A DNA stretch of 64,000 bases from an uncultured Gammaproteobacteria bacterium. GTDB taxonomy: Bacteria > Patescibacteriota > Patescibacteriia > UBA9934 > CAZDDW01. The notes below the pieces were generated by a model. That model saw nothing but the letters and a program-made list of their open reading frames with translations. It had not been told where the DNA came from and made no database searches. This document shows positions 1-10,966 of the stretch, piece by piece (position 1 is the stretch's first letter; every line of letters starts with the position of its first letter). The stretch is taken from positions 211,755 to 275,754 of the forward strand of contig OZ246408.1 of the NCBI GenBank assembly GCA_965231015.1, read 5' to 3'. The position numbers and the translations under genes were made by a program.

Positions 1-1
1 T

Positions 2-30
2 TTGACAAGGGTTTAGTAAATAGGTAAAGT
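2..30 (+). promoter_or_regulatory. sigma70-type promoter for pyrF-pyrE
   Basis: TTGACA-17 bp-TAAAGT; SD AAGGAGG upstream of ATG 67. Confidence 0.7.
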
Positions 31-66
31 TGCAAATGCCTAGATAGGCAGAAGGAGGTTCTGGAT

Positions 67-846
67 ATGGGTAAGCGACTGGAGTTCGACTTCCATAAGC
101 GGCTCATTTTTGCTATCGACGTCACGACCTACGCAGACCTGATGCGGTACATGCAACTCGCGCACAAGAGCGGGATCAAGACTGTGAAGCTTGGTGCAAC
201 CATCATGGCTTCGCGTCTGCGCGACCAGGCCTTCGAGATGACCGCGCGTTACGGCCTCGACGTCATGGTTGACCTCAAGTTCCACGATATCCCGTTCCAG
301 GCCAGTGGGGCGGTCGAGATGATCACGCGCGACTTCACGCCGCAGATTATGACCGTGCACTGCTCGGGCGGCGGCAAGATGCTTGTGCAGGCCATCGAGG
401 GAGCGCGCCGCGGTATCGAATATCGCGACCCGGACAAGCAGGTCATGCCGCTTCTGGCCGGTATCACCCTTCTCACAAGCATCGATGAGGATGATTTGAA
501 GGAGATTGGGATCATGGGTACCTGTGAGGGGCACGTGCTACGCATGGTCTCTCTTGCTCGGAAAGCTGGGGTGCCCGCACTCGTTTGTTCAACAAGCGAG
601 ATTAAGACCATTCGCCATTTCACCAAAAACACCTTCAAGATCATCGTCCCGGGCATCAGCTTGGAGGGCAAAGGGCGCGATGACCAGGCTCGCACCGGCG
701 AGCCGGGTAACGCCATCCGCGCCGGAGCCGACTACCTGGTAGTCGGTCGTGACATTCGCCGCGCTGATGATCCTGCTCGGGTCGTCAATGAATACTTCAC
801 CCGCATGTCTGCCGCGTTCCAGTGGCGAGCCGAACAGGAGGTGTGA
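67..846 (+). CDS. pyrF: orotidine-5'-phosphate decarboxylase
   Basis: DLKFHDIP catalytic motif, LAGITLLTS, VPGI...DDQAR, GADYLVVGRDI; GC-rich codons. Confidence 0.95.
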   Translation: MGKRLEFDFHKRLIFAIDVTTYADLMRYMQLAHKSGIKTVKLGATIMASRLRDQAFEMTARYGLDVMVDLKFHDIPFQASGAVEMITRDFTPQIMTVHCSGGGKMLVQAIEGARRGIEYRDPDKQVMPLLAGITLLTSIDEDDLKEIGIMGTCEGHVLRMVSLARKAGVPALVCSTSEIKTIRHFTKNTFKIIVPGISLEGKGRDDQARTGEPGNAIRAGADYLVVGRDIRRADDPARVVNEYFTRMSAAFQWRAEQEV

Positions 847-848
847 GC

Positions 849-1577
849 ATGGATCGAAGCACAAGCGAAACCACTGGCCATCTGCTTGACGAGGTGATCC
901 ATGGTCTCTTCACGGGAATGGAGGGTCAGGAGGGCCAGATTCAGTTTGGTTCGTTCCGACTGAAGATTCATGGGACTTATCCGGACGCATCGGAGTCCCC
1001 GTTCTATATCAACTTGCGGGTTCAGGACAACAAGGGAACCCTGACCGAGGGTCAGGTTTACCATATCGCCGTCTTGTTGGCGGAACGGGTCTGGTTGATG
1101 TATTCAGATCCATCGGAGAGGCCGGATTTTCTGTGCGGTCTCCCGAAGGCCGGTGAGCCGTTCGTGGAGGTTATGAGCCACATCACGAAGATCCCCGTCC
1201 TGAAGCTTCACAAGCGGGGCGAGGGTGACAACCGTCGCATCGTGGCTACCTCGGACATCTATCCGGGCAACGGTCGGAAGGTGCTCGTGGTCGATGATCT
1301 GATCACGAACGCCAAGAGCAAGCTCGAGGGTGTAAGTGCTCTGCGCTGCGCCGACTACTTGGTCAACGATGTTCTCGTTTTCTTGAACCGAGGCGGTGAG
1401 GAGTGTGTGAACGAGCTGGCTCGACACAGTCTCCGTTTGACACATGTGACTACCTTGGAGAAGATGCTGAACACTCTGCAGAGTCTGGGTTGCATCAGCG
1501 CCGAGCTCTGCGACCAGTGCCTGGCCTACCAGGCCGAGCTCGACGCTTACGTGTTCGCTCAGCGCGTCAAGGCCTAG
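849..1577 (+). CDS. pyrE: orotate phosphoribosyltransferase
   Basis: FGSFRLK..SPFYINLR, PRPP motif VLVVDDLITN; ATG 849 with SD AGGAGG; adjacent to pyrF. Confidence 0.88.
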   Translation: MDRSTSETTGHLLDEVIHGLFTGMEGQEGQIQFGSFRLKIHGTYPDASESPFYINLRVQDNKGTLTEGQVYHIAVLLAERVWLMYSDPSERPDFLCGLPKAGEPFVEVMSHITKIPVLKLHKRGEGDNRRIVATSDIYPGNGRKVLVVDDLITNAKSKLEGVSALRCADYLVNDVLVFLNRGGEECVNELARHSLRLTHVTTLEKMLNTLQSLGCISAELCDQCLAYQAELDAYVFAQRVKA

Positions 1578-1596
1578 CACATCGCTATTGAACGCA

Positions 1597-1634
1597 GCGG
1601 ATCTGTCCCGCCCGGGGACCGATCCGTTTTTTGT
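1597..1634 (+). terminator. intrinsic terminator after pyrE
   Basis: CGGATC-GTCCC...GGGAC-GATCCG hairpin followed by T run. Confidence 0.75.
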
Positions 1635-1685
1635 TTGAAAAGGGTTGACAGGAGAATAAATATAGGGTACTATTTCGCTACTTAT

Positions 1686-1762
1686 GGGTGATTAGCTCAG
1701 TTGGCTAGAGCATCTCGTTTACACCGAGAGGGTCGGGGGTTCGAGTCCCTCATCACCCACCA
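1686..1762 (+). tRNA. tRNA-Val(TAC)
   Basis: GGGTGATTAGCTCAG...anticodon arm TCTCG-TTTACAC-CGAGA...GTTCGAGTC...CACCCACCA; promoter TTGACA-17-TACTAT upstream and hairpin plus T run downstream. Confidence 0.97.
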
Positions 1763-1863
1763 AAAAATTCCGAGTTTGATCTCGGAGTTTTTTTGTTTTA
1801 AAAAAAGTACCACCCGCGTGATTGAGTTAGCGGGTGGACGTAATAGGCACGACAAGTCAGATT

Positions 1864-2244
1864 TCAGGATGCGTCTCGTTGCTCGGTCAGCCCTTGGAGG
1901 ATCTCAGGAAGTTCGTGAACAATCTTGGGCAGAGCCACAACCTCAGCTACACCCATGCTCTGGTAGAACGTTCGTTCAGCAGCCAAGTTGACATGACGGT
2001 TGTTGATCGCCACAATGACGTGCTGACACTGCTTCTGGTGGCTGGCAGCATGTACAGCAGCGAAATGAGGCTCGGCTCCCGGACAGGTCGTGGAGATGAT
2101 TGCGAGTTTGGCCGTATTGCTCTTGATCCAGGCAATAGTCCGAGTAGTATCGGGAACATGGACCAGGGTTTTGAATCCACATTCTTTGAGCATGTCTTCC
2201 AGCCCCTCGGGCACCTCTCGAGATGCAATCATCACCGAATCCAT
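1864..2244 (-). CDS. CheY/receiver-like fold protein, apparently lacking the phospho-acceptor Asp
   Basis: alternating beta/alpha pattern with GVAEVVALPK end resembling receiver domains; SD CAGGAG; own promoter TTGACG-17-TATACT (2321-2293). Confidence 0.45.
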   Translation of the reverse strand: MDSVMIASREVPEGLEDMLKECGFKTLVHVPDTTRTIAWIKSNTAKLAIISTTCPGAEPHFAAVHAASHQKQCQHVIVAINNRHVNLAAERTFYQSMGVAEVVALPKIVHELPEILQGLTEQRDAS

Positions 2245-2345
2245 GATTTCTCCTGACCTGTCTTTAAGATGGAAAGGGCGTGTCCCGCACGAAGTATAAT
2301 GAAAAAATGACAAGTCGTCAATATTTTGGCATAATAGTTTTAGCT

Positions 2346-2597
2346 ATGCCTTTGTTTTGGAGAATTGTTATCGGAATAATTGTTGCCGCCTTCGGCTTTT
2401 TTATGGTTTGGAAGACCACGATTGTTCAGGGTTGGGTTGGACGCATACAATGGGCCGAGGAAAAGCTAGGCAGCGGTGGCACTAATACCTTTTTGAAATT
2501 ACTGGGAGTAGGAGTCGTGTTTCTCGGTGTGTTTTACATGACCGGTATTTTTGGTGATATTGTGACCGGACTTCTATCTTTTATTACCCCTAGTTAA
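2346..2597 (+). CDS. small two-TM membrane protein (CPR-type hypothetical)
   Basis: two hydrophobic segments flanking WAEEKLGSGGT. Confidence 0.7.
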   Translation: MPLFWRIVIGIIVAAFGFFMVWKTTIVQGWVGRIQWAEEKLGSGGTNTFLKLLGVGVVFLGVFYMTGIFGDIVTGLLSFITPS

Positions 2598-2598
2598 T

Positions 2599-3159
2599 AT
2601 GCCAGTTATTCCTACCGGTAAAGCTCTGCTTGATGCGGAGAAAATATTAGCCCAGGCAGGATTGGTTGCGGACATGACCGTAGCCGACCTTGGTTGCGGC
2701 ACAATTGGTCATTTTACTTTTCCAGCCGCTCGAATTGTTGGAGAACACGGTAAAGTATATGCGGTTGATATTTTAAAAGGTGCCTTAGCCGGGATCGAAA
2801 GCCGGGTTCAAATTGAATCTATTCATAATGTGGAAACAGTTTGGGGAGACTTAGAAAGAGTTGGGGGAGTTCGTATCCCGGATGATTCAGTGGATTTGGT
2901 CATTATGGTCAATGTGGCAACTTTGGCACAAAAAACCCCAGCGGTTTCTGCTGAAGTAAAACGCCTTTTAAAGACCGGAGGAAAGCTGTTAGCTGTTGAT
3001 TGGAAACCAAACGAATCTAGTATCGGGCCAAACCCACGTGATCGTGTAAGTGCTGAAGAAATGGCCAAGGTCTTCACAAAACATAAATTTGTTGTTATAA
3101 AAGAGTTCGAAGCTGGTTCGAATCATTGGGCCCTAGTTCTTAAAAAGCAATCACAGTAG
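2599..3159 (+). CDS. class I SAM-dependent methyltransferase
   Basis: VADLGCG, VYAVDI, LKTGGKLLAVDW motifs. Confidence 0.9.
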   Translation: MPVIPTGKALLDAEKILAQAGLVADMTVADLGCGTIGHFTFPAARIVGEHGKVYAVDILKGALAGIESRVQIESIHNVETVWGDLERVGGVRIPDDSVDLVIMVNVATLAQKTPAVSAEVKRLLKTGGKLLAVDWKPNESSIGPNPRDRVSAEEMAKVFTKHKFVVIKEFEAGSNHWALVLKKQSQ

Positions 3160-3161
3160 AT

Positions 3162-3593
3162 ATGTTTGATACTCTTTTAAGCCTGGATTTTTGGTTTCAA
3201 AATCCACCACCCCCTCTATCGCCGTTTTTTGAGCGGGGATTATTTGCCTTTTTTGGCATCATGTTGATTGTCGGAGCGATTGTACGCATCATGGCTAACT
3301 ATAAAAAAGAAGACAGATTAGTTCTTTCTATCTTTAATCGAGCTGGCAATTTGTTGGTTAGCATGGGCTTGATTGGTCTGATTTTATTTTTCTTTTCTTA
3401 TGAAAGGATTCCGTTATTAGGTATGCGCATGTGGTTTATTGTTTGGGGTTTGGGATTGCTTGCCTGGGTAGGAACATCTGTTTTTTATGCCTGTAAGACT
3501 GTGCCGTGTTTGCGTCGTCAAGCAATCGCCAAAGAAGAACGGATGAAGTATTTTCCAAAGAGTAAGAAGAAGAAAAGTAAAAAGCGCCGTTAG
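3162..3593 (+). CDS. membrane protein, three TM segments, basic C-terminus
   Basis: hydrophobic segments; tight operonic spacing. Confidence 0.75.
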   Translation: MFDTLLSLDFWFQNPPPPLSPFFERGLFAFFGIMLIVGAIVRIMANYKKEDRLVLSIFNRAGNLLVSMGLIGLILFFFSYERIPLLGMRMWFIVWGLGLLAWVGTSVFYACKTVPCLRRQAIAKEERMKYFPKSKKKKSKKRR

Positions 3594-3594
3594 T

Positions 3595-3948
3595 ATGGAT
3601 GCGCGGAGGAAGCTTGGTAATAAAGGCGAAGAATTAGCAGCACATTTTTTAGAAGACCTTGGATACAAAGTTATTGATCGTCAGTACCGAACTCGTTTTG
3701 GTGAAATTGACCTCGTGGCCCGTGATGGTCACGAGCTTGTTTTTGTGGAAGTAAAAACCAGGACTAATCTCGCCTTTGGTCACCCCGAAGAAGCAGTGCA
3801 TTCGCAGAAGCTTTCACGCATGGTCAGAGCCGGAGAAATGTATCTAGAAAAGCATCGACTTGAGTCATATTCGTACCGCTATGATGTTATTGCGATCACT
3901 TGGGTCGACGGCGAGGTACCGGAGGTGGTACATTTAAAGGCAGTGTAG
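3595..3948 (+). CDS. yraN: YraN family putative endonuclease (UPF0102)
   Basis: GNKGEELA, GEIDLVA, LVFVEVKTR, RYDVIAI. Confidence 0.93.
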   Translation: MDARRKLGNKGEELAAHFLEDLGYKVIDRQYRTRFGEIDLVARDGHELVFVEVKTRTNLAFGHPEEAVHSQKLSRMVRAGEMYLEKHRLESYSYRYDVIAITWVDGEVPEVVHLKAV

Positions 3949-3955
3949 TAGGTTC

Positions 3956-4016
3956 TTGACATTTTGCACACCCGGTGGTACTCTCTAACCACTGGACCTG
4001 TCGGAAACGACAGGTT
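3956..4016 (+). promoter_or_regulatory. nusA promoter and leader hairpin
   Basis: TTGACA-17-TACTCT; perfect stem ACCTGTCG-GAAA-CGACAGGT just downstream. Confidence 0.55.
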
Positions 4017-4055
4017 CTATTGCTAAATAAGACAAATTTAACAATTTACTAAGGT

Positions 4056-4145
4056 TCAATTTTCATTTAATTTTCAAGTATCAATTTCCAACATTGATTA
4101 TTGATTATTCATTCGAAAATTGAAAACTGAAAATTGAAATTTCAT
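4056..4145. repeat. degenerate heptamer inverted-repeat element (TTCAATT / AATTGAA type)
   Basis: tandem TTTCAA(T)-like units followed by (A)TTGAAA-like units; shares exact 17-mer ATTCATTCGAAAATTGA with 55082-55098. Confidence 0.6.
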
Positions 4146-5558
4146 ATGGCATCACCTATTGAACAGGCTATTCGTCAGATCTGTGATGAAAAAGGCCTTT
4201 CTTATGAAGCGGTAATCGAGACTATCGAGACAGCTCTCGCTGCTGCCTACCGAAAAGACTTCGGTGAGAAAAATCAAAACGTTGAAGTGGAGTTCGACCC
4301 TGAAACGGCCGGAGTTCGCGCTTTTGACGTTAAAACAGTTGTGGAGGATATTCCGGAAGAAGCCTTAGAAAAAACCGAGGAAGAACGTAAAGCTAAAGTC
4401 GCTGAACGAGAAGAGAAGATCAAGGAACTAAAAGACGCTGGAAAAGAAATTCCACCAGAACTTGAAGAGCCAATTGAAGTTGAAGGGCCTACCTTTAATC
4501 CAAAAATCGAAATCATGTTGAGTGCAGCCAAAGAGATCGATAAAGATATTGATATCGATCAAGTTTTACGCCAAGAACTCGAAGTGCCCGGTGAGTTTGG
4601 AAGAATGGCCGCGATGACCGCCAAGCAGGTGGTAACGCAAAAGTTGCGAGAAGCTGAACGTGAAATTTTGTATAGTGAATACAAAGAAATGGAAAACGAG
4701 GTCATTACCGGAACTGTACAACGACGTGAAGGTCGGGTGATCCTGGTTGATCTTGGACGGGTGACCGGAGTTGTGCGACCAGAGGATCAGGTTCAGTCAG
4801 AGCGATACAATTCAGGTGACCGTCTTAAGTTTTTCGTACGTCAAGTTGCATTAACGACCAAGGGCCCGGAAATTTTGCTTTCTCGAACGTCAGAGGAATT
4901 GGTAAGTCGCATGTTTGAAATTGAGATTCCGGAAGTCGCGGAAGGTGATGTAGAAATCAAGAATATTTCTCGGGAAGCTGGCAGTCGAAGCAAGGTTGCT
5001 GTTTGGACCGGAGACGATGGAATTGATCCAATTGGGGCTTGTATTGGCCAGCGTGGAACCAGAATCCAGACTATTATACAGGAGCTTGGCGGAGAGAAGA
5101 TTGATGTGATTGAATGGAGTGAGGACGCTGAAGAGTATATTTCTAACTCTCTGGCTCCGGCTAAAGTGAAGCAGATCGATCTTAATGAAGAAGAGAAGTC
5201 AGCTGTGGTGACCGTGGACGTAGACCAATTGTCATTGGCAATTGGTAAGGGTGGTCAGAATGTTCGTCTGGCGGCTCGGCTAACTGATTGGAAAATTAAT
5301 GTGGTAGAAGAAGGCAAAACGGTAGAAGAGATGCAGGCGGAAAGGCAAGAGCAGAATGAGAAAAAAGATGCCAAAGAAACAGACAAGACTGAAGAGTCAA
5401 AGGAGTCTGAAGAAACAGAAGAAAAGACTGACGTGGATGAACAGCCTCAAAAAGAAACCAAGGAACAAACTAAAGAACAAACTAAGGAGGATGATTCTGC
5501 CAAAGCAGAAGCCTCGCCAGAGGATGACGATGGCGAGAAGACCTCAGAAGAAAAATAA
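4146..5558 (+). CDS. nusA: transcription termination/antitermination factor NusA
   Basis: FGRMAAMTAKQV, S1 and KH domains (REAGSRSKVAV, SLAIGKGGQNVRLA); acidic tail. Confidence 0.97.
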   Translation: MASPIEQAIRQICDEKGLSYEAVIETIETALAAAYRKDFGEKNQNVEVEFDPETAGVRAFDVKTVVEDIPEEALEKTEEERKAKVAEREEKIKELKDAGKEIPPELEEPIEVEGPTFNPKIEIMLSAAKEIDKDIDIDQVLRQELEVPGEFGRMAAMTAKQVVTQKLREAEREILYSEYKEMENEVITGTVQRREGRVILVDLGRVTGVVRPEDQVQSERYNSGDRLKFFVRQVALTTKGPEILLSRTSEELVSRMFEIEIPEVAEGDVEIKNISREAGSRSKVAVWTGDDGIDPIGACIGQRGTRIQTIIQELGGEKIDVIEWSEDAEEYISNSLAPAKVKQIDLNEEEKSAVVTVDVDQLSLAIGKGGQNVRLAARLTDWKINVVEEGKTVEEMQAERQEQNEKKDAKETDKTEESKESEETEEKTDVDEQPQKETKEQTKEQTKEDDSAKAEASPEDDDGEKTSEEK

Positions 5559-5561
5559 TCT

Positions 5562-6347
5562 ATGGTTGAATTATTTAACACTTATTTGTCAGAACCTCTC
5601 TATAACTTATTGGTTCTGCTTTACAACGTAATTCCGGGGCAAGAAATCGGTTTTGCTATTATTGCTCTTACCATCATAATCAAACTTATCCTTTGGCCAC
5701 TGGCGGCAAAGTCATTAAAGGGTCAAGCGGCTCTTCAAGAGTTGCAACCAAAAATAGAGGAATTAAAAAAGCAGCATAAAGATGACAAGGAAGCCATGAG
5801 CAAAGCCATGATGGAGCTTTACGCCAAGGAAAAAGTAAACCCACTTAGTTCATGCTTGCCTCTTCTGATACAACTGCCAATCATTCTGGCTTTATACCGC
5901 GTTTTTCTGCGCGGGCTAAATGGTGAAGCAGGGGTTTATGATTTATATCCGTTTGTGACAGATCCGGGAATTATCAATCCTGTTTTTCTTGGTTTGGTTG
6001 ATCTTTCTAACCCAAACATTATTCTGGCAATATTGGCCGGTATCTTCCAATTTATTCAAGCTAAGATGATGATCACTAATCGGCCACCGCCACAGGTCAG
6101 AGGTTCTGAAGGGGCTAAAGACGAAAACATGATGGCCAACATGAATAAATCTATGATTTATTTCTTGCCGGTTATTACTGTGGTCATTGGTGCCTCTCTC
6201 CCATCTGGACTAACTTTGTACTGGGCTGTGGTAAATATTATTGCAGTCATTCAACAGCTCATCTTTTTCCGAGGCAAAAAACCGGCCAAGCCGGATCAGG
6301 CTCCGCCTGAGAAACCCAAGTCTGAACCAGAAGTACTGGAAAACTAA
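5562..6347 (+). CDS. yidC: membrane protein insertase YidC/Oxa1
   Basis: LQPKIEELK, NPLSSCLPLLIQLPI, PSGLTLYW. Confidence 0.95.
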   Translation: MVELFNTYLSEPLYNLLVLLYNVIPGQEIGFAIIALTIIIKLILWPLAAKSLKGQAALQELQPKIEELKKQHKDDKEAMSKAMMELYAKEKVNPLSSCLPLLIQLPIILALYRVFLRGLNGEAGVYDLYPFVTDPGIINPVFLGLVDLSNPNIILAILAGIFQFIQAKMMITNRPPPQVRGSEGAKDENMMANMNKSMIYFLPVITVVIGASLPSGLTLYWAVVNIIAVIQQLIFFRGKKPAKPDQAPPEKPKSEPEVLEN

Positions 6348-6373
6348 TATTGCGACAATTAATTTAGACTGCT

Positions 6374-6399
6374 AAGGTAGGGGTAAATAACCCTACCTT
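6374..6399. repeat. GTAG-type REP-like palindrome
   Basis: AAGGTAGGG-GTAAATAA-CCCTACCTT. Confidence 0.5.
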
Positions 6400-6400
6400 T

Positions 6401-7321
6401 GTGGTTGATGAAATTCGAACAACCAGTGATTTAGACCAAGCAATCCTAAAAACCATTGCCTATTTTTCTTTATTTGATTATCCCTTAACTACTTTTGAGG
6501 TTTGGAAGTGGCTTTTTGGATCTCGAAAACAGTATACATATCAGGAGGTGCGACAAACCTTATGGAATAGTGATATTTTAGAAAATAGAATCGAGCACAG
6601 TAATGGTTTTTGGGGAATGAGTGGATCTTTGGTGGCGAGCTTGGTGGCTACGCGACATGAGCGATGGCTTGATGCTTGGCGGAAATATAAAAGACTGCGC
6701 AAGGCGGTTAAATATCTATCCCGTTTACCTAGTGTGCGGGGGATTGCCGCTTGTAATACGCTTGGTTGGAATAACACCCGAGTTGACAGCGACATTGATA
6801 TTTTCATTTTGGTCAAAGAGGGAAGTATTTGGACGACCAGACTTCTTGCGGTCAGCCCGTTTAAGATTTTAAAAATGCGACCTGGAGAATCGCGTGATCC
6901 TCTTTGTTTTTCTTTCTTCCTTACTGACACCAATCTAAACATTGCAAGTCTAGCGTTAGAACCAGATGATCCATACTTAACTTTTTGGACGCGTTCAATT
7001 GTTCCGGTTTTTGATAGAGACGGAGTGTTCCATGAGTTTGATCAGGCTAATAGTTGGGCACAAGAAGCTCTTCCCAACAGTTGTGCTGTAGCCGAGCACC
7101 GGATGCGAACTTGTCCGGCTTTTGGGAAAGCCCGTCGAATGCTGGGTTGTTTTGAAAACATGGCGGCCAGGATACAACGCTCTCGGTTTCCAGAGGTAAT
7201 TCAAAATATGGCCAATCGTGATTCCAGGGTTGTTGTCTCAGACGCGATTTTAAAGTTCCACGACAACGACCGCCGAGAAGAATATCGGGACAAGCTGGTC
7301 GCAAAGATACAAGAAATGTAG
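6401..7321 (+). CDS. nucleotidyltransferase-domain protein (CPR conserved)
   Basis: YFSLFDYPLT N-terminus, DSDIDIFI Pol-beta-like motif, FHDNDRR C-terminus. Confidence 0.7.
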   Translation: MVDEIRTTSDLDQAILKTIAYFSLFDYPLTTFEVWKWLFGSRKQYTYQEVRQTLWNSDILENRIEHSNGFWGMSGSLVASLVATRHERWLDAWRKYKRLRKAVKYLSRLPSVRGIAACNTLGWNNTRVDSDIDIFILVKEGSIWTTRLLAVSPFKILKMRPGESRDPLCFSFFLTDTNLNIASLALEPDDPYLTFWTRSIVPVFDRDGVFHEFDQANSWAQEALPNSCAVAEHRMRTCPAFGKARRMLGCFENMAARIQRSRFPEVIQNMANRDSRVVVSDAILKFHDNDRREEYRDKLVAKIQEM

Positions 7322-7349
7322 GGGTAACCACAAGGGTTACCCCTACATT
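7317..7349. repeat. GTAG-type REP palindrome
   Basis: TGTAGGGGTAACC-ACAAG-GGTTACCCCTACA. Confidence 0.7.
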
Positions 7350-7366
7350 TGTGATACAATGTTTCA

Positions 7367-8635
7367 ATGCGCGACAAGATTGTAAACAGTTTAGTTTATT
7401 TGATTGTATTTTTGTTGCCGTGGCAAACGCGGTGGATTTTTGGGTTTGAAGAATTGTATGGGCAGGCTTGGGAGTATGGGTTGTTGAGTTTGTTTGCGGT
7501 TGAGATTATGATTGTGTTGGCCGCACTTTTGCGACCAAAGGTAAAGTCTCGCAAGGATGCGGATTGGCCATTAATTATGGGTGGGTTCTTTTTGGTAGCA
7601 GCCCTGGTTTCAGTTTATTCGGCCCTGGATCCTCTGCTTGCAATTTTGGTTTGGTTGCACATGTTCATGGCCTATCTTTTGTTTCGTTTGTTGCTGGATC
7701 GTCGCTTACGAATCAGGTACACAGTGGCCGCTTTTGTGGCTGGGCTGCTGATCCCTTCTGCGCTTGGCATTTTGCAATTTTTGGTAGGAGCCAGCCCCGA
7801 ATCAGCCTGGTTGGGTTTGGCCGCACTTGATGCGTCTGAACCCGGAGTTTCGGTAGTGGAGTCGATTAGTGGTCGGTTTTTACGCGCGTACGGAACCTTT
7901 CAACACCCAAATATTTTTGGAGGGTATCTTGCCGTTGGTCTAGTCGCCTTGGTTTTGTTGGCCAGATGGTTCAGAATTAAAGGAGAGAAGATTGGTCTTC
8001 ATGCCATGGCTGCGATAATGGCTGTGGCATTTGTCCTCACTTTCTCTCGATCAGCTTGGCTGGCTTTTTTCATTGCTGCCACGATCGGAGGTTGGATTGT
8101 ACTTTGGGAACACCGTATTGCCGCACGTAAAGCTCTGCCGTTTATAATCGTGGCTACTGCTGCTGCGCTTCTGACCGTGCTTGTTTTCTTTGAGCCAATC
8201 AGCGCACGATTCCATCCTGAATATCGGCTGGAAGCAATCTCGATTTCTGAGCGGACAACCAGTTGGACAAATTGGTGGCCAACTGTTAAAGACGATTTAT
8301 TATTCGGAGTCGGACCCGGAAACTATACCGTGACCTTAGCGGCGGATCACCCCGGAGTACCAATTTGGGCCTATCAACCCGTGCACAATAGTATCTTGCT
8401 TGTAATTGGTGAGGTTGGTATAGCCGGGGCATTTTTCTTGGTTCTCTGGGCGGTCAGTGTAGACAGGGTCAACTACAGAGCCCTGCCTCGTTCAACCGCG
8501 ATCGCGGCTCTTCTTATGGGTGCCATCGTGCTCGTTATTGCCCTGTTTGACCATTATCTCTTCAGTTTATGGCCAGGACTCGCCTTAATGGCCTTTGTTT
8601 TTGCTATGACCGTGCGGCTGTCGGAACAGAGATAA
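7367..8635 (+). CDS. O-antigen ligase / O-oligosaccharyltransferase family protein (Wzy_C)
   Basis: RAYGTFQHPNIFGGYL, TFSRSAW, GVGPGNY, PVHN motifs; multi-TM. Confidence 0.9.
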   Translation: MRDKIVNSLVYLIVFLLPWQTRWIFGFEELYGQAWEYGLLSLFAVEIMIVLAALLRPKVKSRKDADWPLIMGGFFLVAALVSVYSALDPLLAILVWLHMFMAYLLFRLLLDRRLRIRYTVAAFVAGLLIPSALGILQFLVGASPESAWLGLAALDASEPGVSVVESISGRFLRAYGTFQHPNIFGGYLAVGLVALVLLARWFRIKGEKIGLHAMAAIMAVAFVLTFSRSAWLAFFIAATIGGWIVLWEHRIAARKALPFIIVATAAALLTVLVFFEPISARFHPEYRLEAISISERTTSWTNWWPTVKDDLLFGVGPGNYTVTLAADHPGVPIWAYQPVHNSILLVIGEVGIAGAFFLVLWAVSVDRVNYRALPRSTAIAALLMGAIVLVIALFDHYLFSLWPGLALMAFVFAMTVRLSEQR

Positions 8636-8678
8636 AAAAGAAATAAAGAAAGAAAATGGGCTTATAAGGCCTGTTTTA

Positions 8679-8742
8679 TTGACCAAAAAGAAGGAATTGG
8701 GTAAGATAATGACTCGTAGCACTCAACTTGACAGAGTGCTAA
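8679..8742 (+). promoter_or_regulatory. groESL promoter with CIRCE (HrcA operator)
   Basis: TTGACC-17-TAAGAT, then GTAGCACTC-N9-GAGTGCTAA at 8716-8742. Confidence 0.9.
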
Positions 8743-8782
8743 AAATAAGCTTAAATCTAAACCAGAATTAACTCAATTTTGT

Positions 8783-9076
8783 ATGATCAAACCACTTAAT
8801 GATTTCATTATTTTGAAACCCCTCTCACGCGAGGAGGTAACTGCTTCAGGAATCATTTTGCCTGATACAGCAGATAAGGATCGACCGGAATCCGGTGAAG
8901 TTGTAGCAGTGGGTCCGGGAAAAAAGAAGGAAGACGGAACCCGCGGAACCATGGAAGTAAAGCCGGGTGATAAGATTATGTTTAAGAAATATTCACCAGA
9001 CGAAATTAATATTGATAAAGAAGAGTACCTCGTCATTCGCATGGATGACGTGGTAGGGGTGATTGAAGACAAATAA
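8783..9076 (+). CDS. groES: co-chaperonin GroES
   Basis: IKPLND, TASGIILPD, GEVVAVGPG. Confidence 0.98.
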   Translation: MIKPLNDFIILKPLSREEVTASGIILPDTADKDRPESGEVVAVGPGKKKEDGTRGTMEVKPGDKIMFKKYSPDEINIDKEEYLVIRMDDVVGVIEDK

Positions 9077-9141
9077 ACAACGAAGCAAAGAAGCAACGAA
9101 TCAATCTTGTTTCATTGCTTCATTGATTAAATGATTCATTG
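9077..9141. repeat. octamer inverted-repeat array between groES and groEL
   Basis: (CAACGAAG/CAAAGAAG/CAACGAAT) followed by (TTTCATTG/CTTCATTG/ATTCATTG). Confidence 0.55.
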
Positions 9142-9142
9142 A

Positions 9143-10801
<1,659 letters not shown>

Positions 10802-10809
10802 AGGGTGCT

Positions 10810-10966
10810 CGGTTATCTCCCTGTGAGGACCATTCGGCCTTGGACCTGCTGAAGGTGATGGTTTGAGTCTAGACCTCTTTATGAGTTTCGCCGACCAAGG
10901 GTCATTGATCCTTGGTTTTGTTTATCTTGTGGTCGGCTCACAAATTCCTCCCAGGGAGAATAACCT
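10810..10966. ncRNA. candidate structured RNA downstream of groEL
   Basis: ends pair (GGTTATCTCCCTG.GAGGA / TCCTC.CAGGGAGAATAACC) and enclose internal stems; no ORF. Confidence 0.35.

Noticed and set aside
1701-1991. ORFs overlapping tRNA genes (also 43891-44196, 43961-44260)
   Set aside because: Spurious translations of tRNA sequence.
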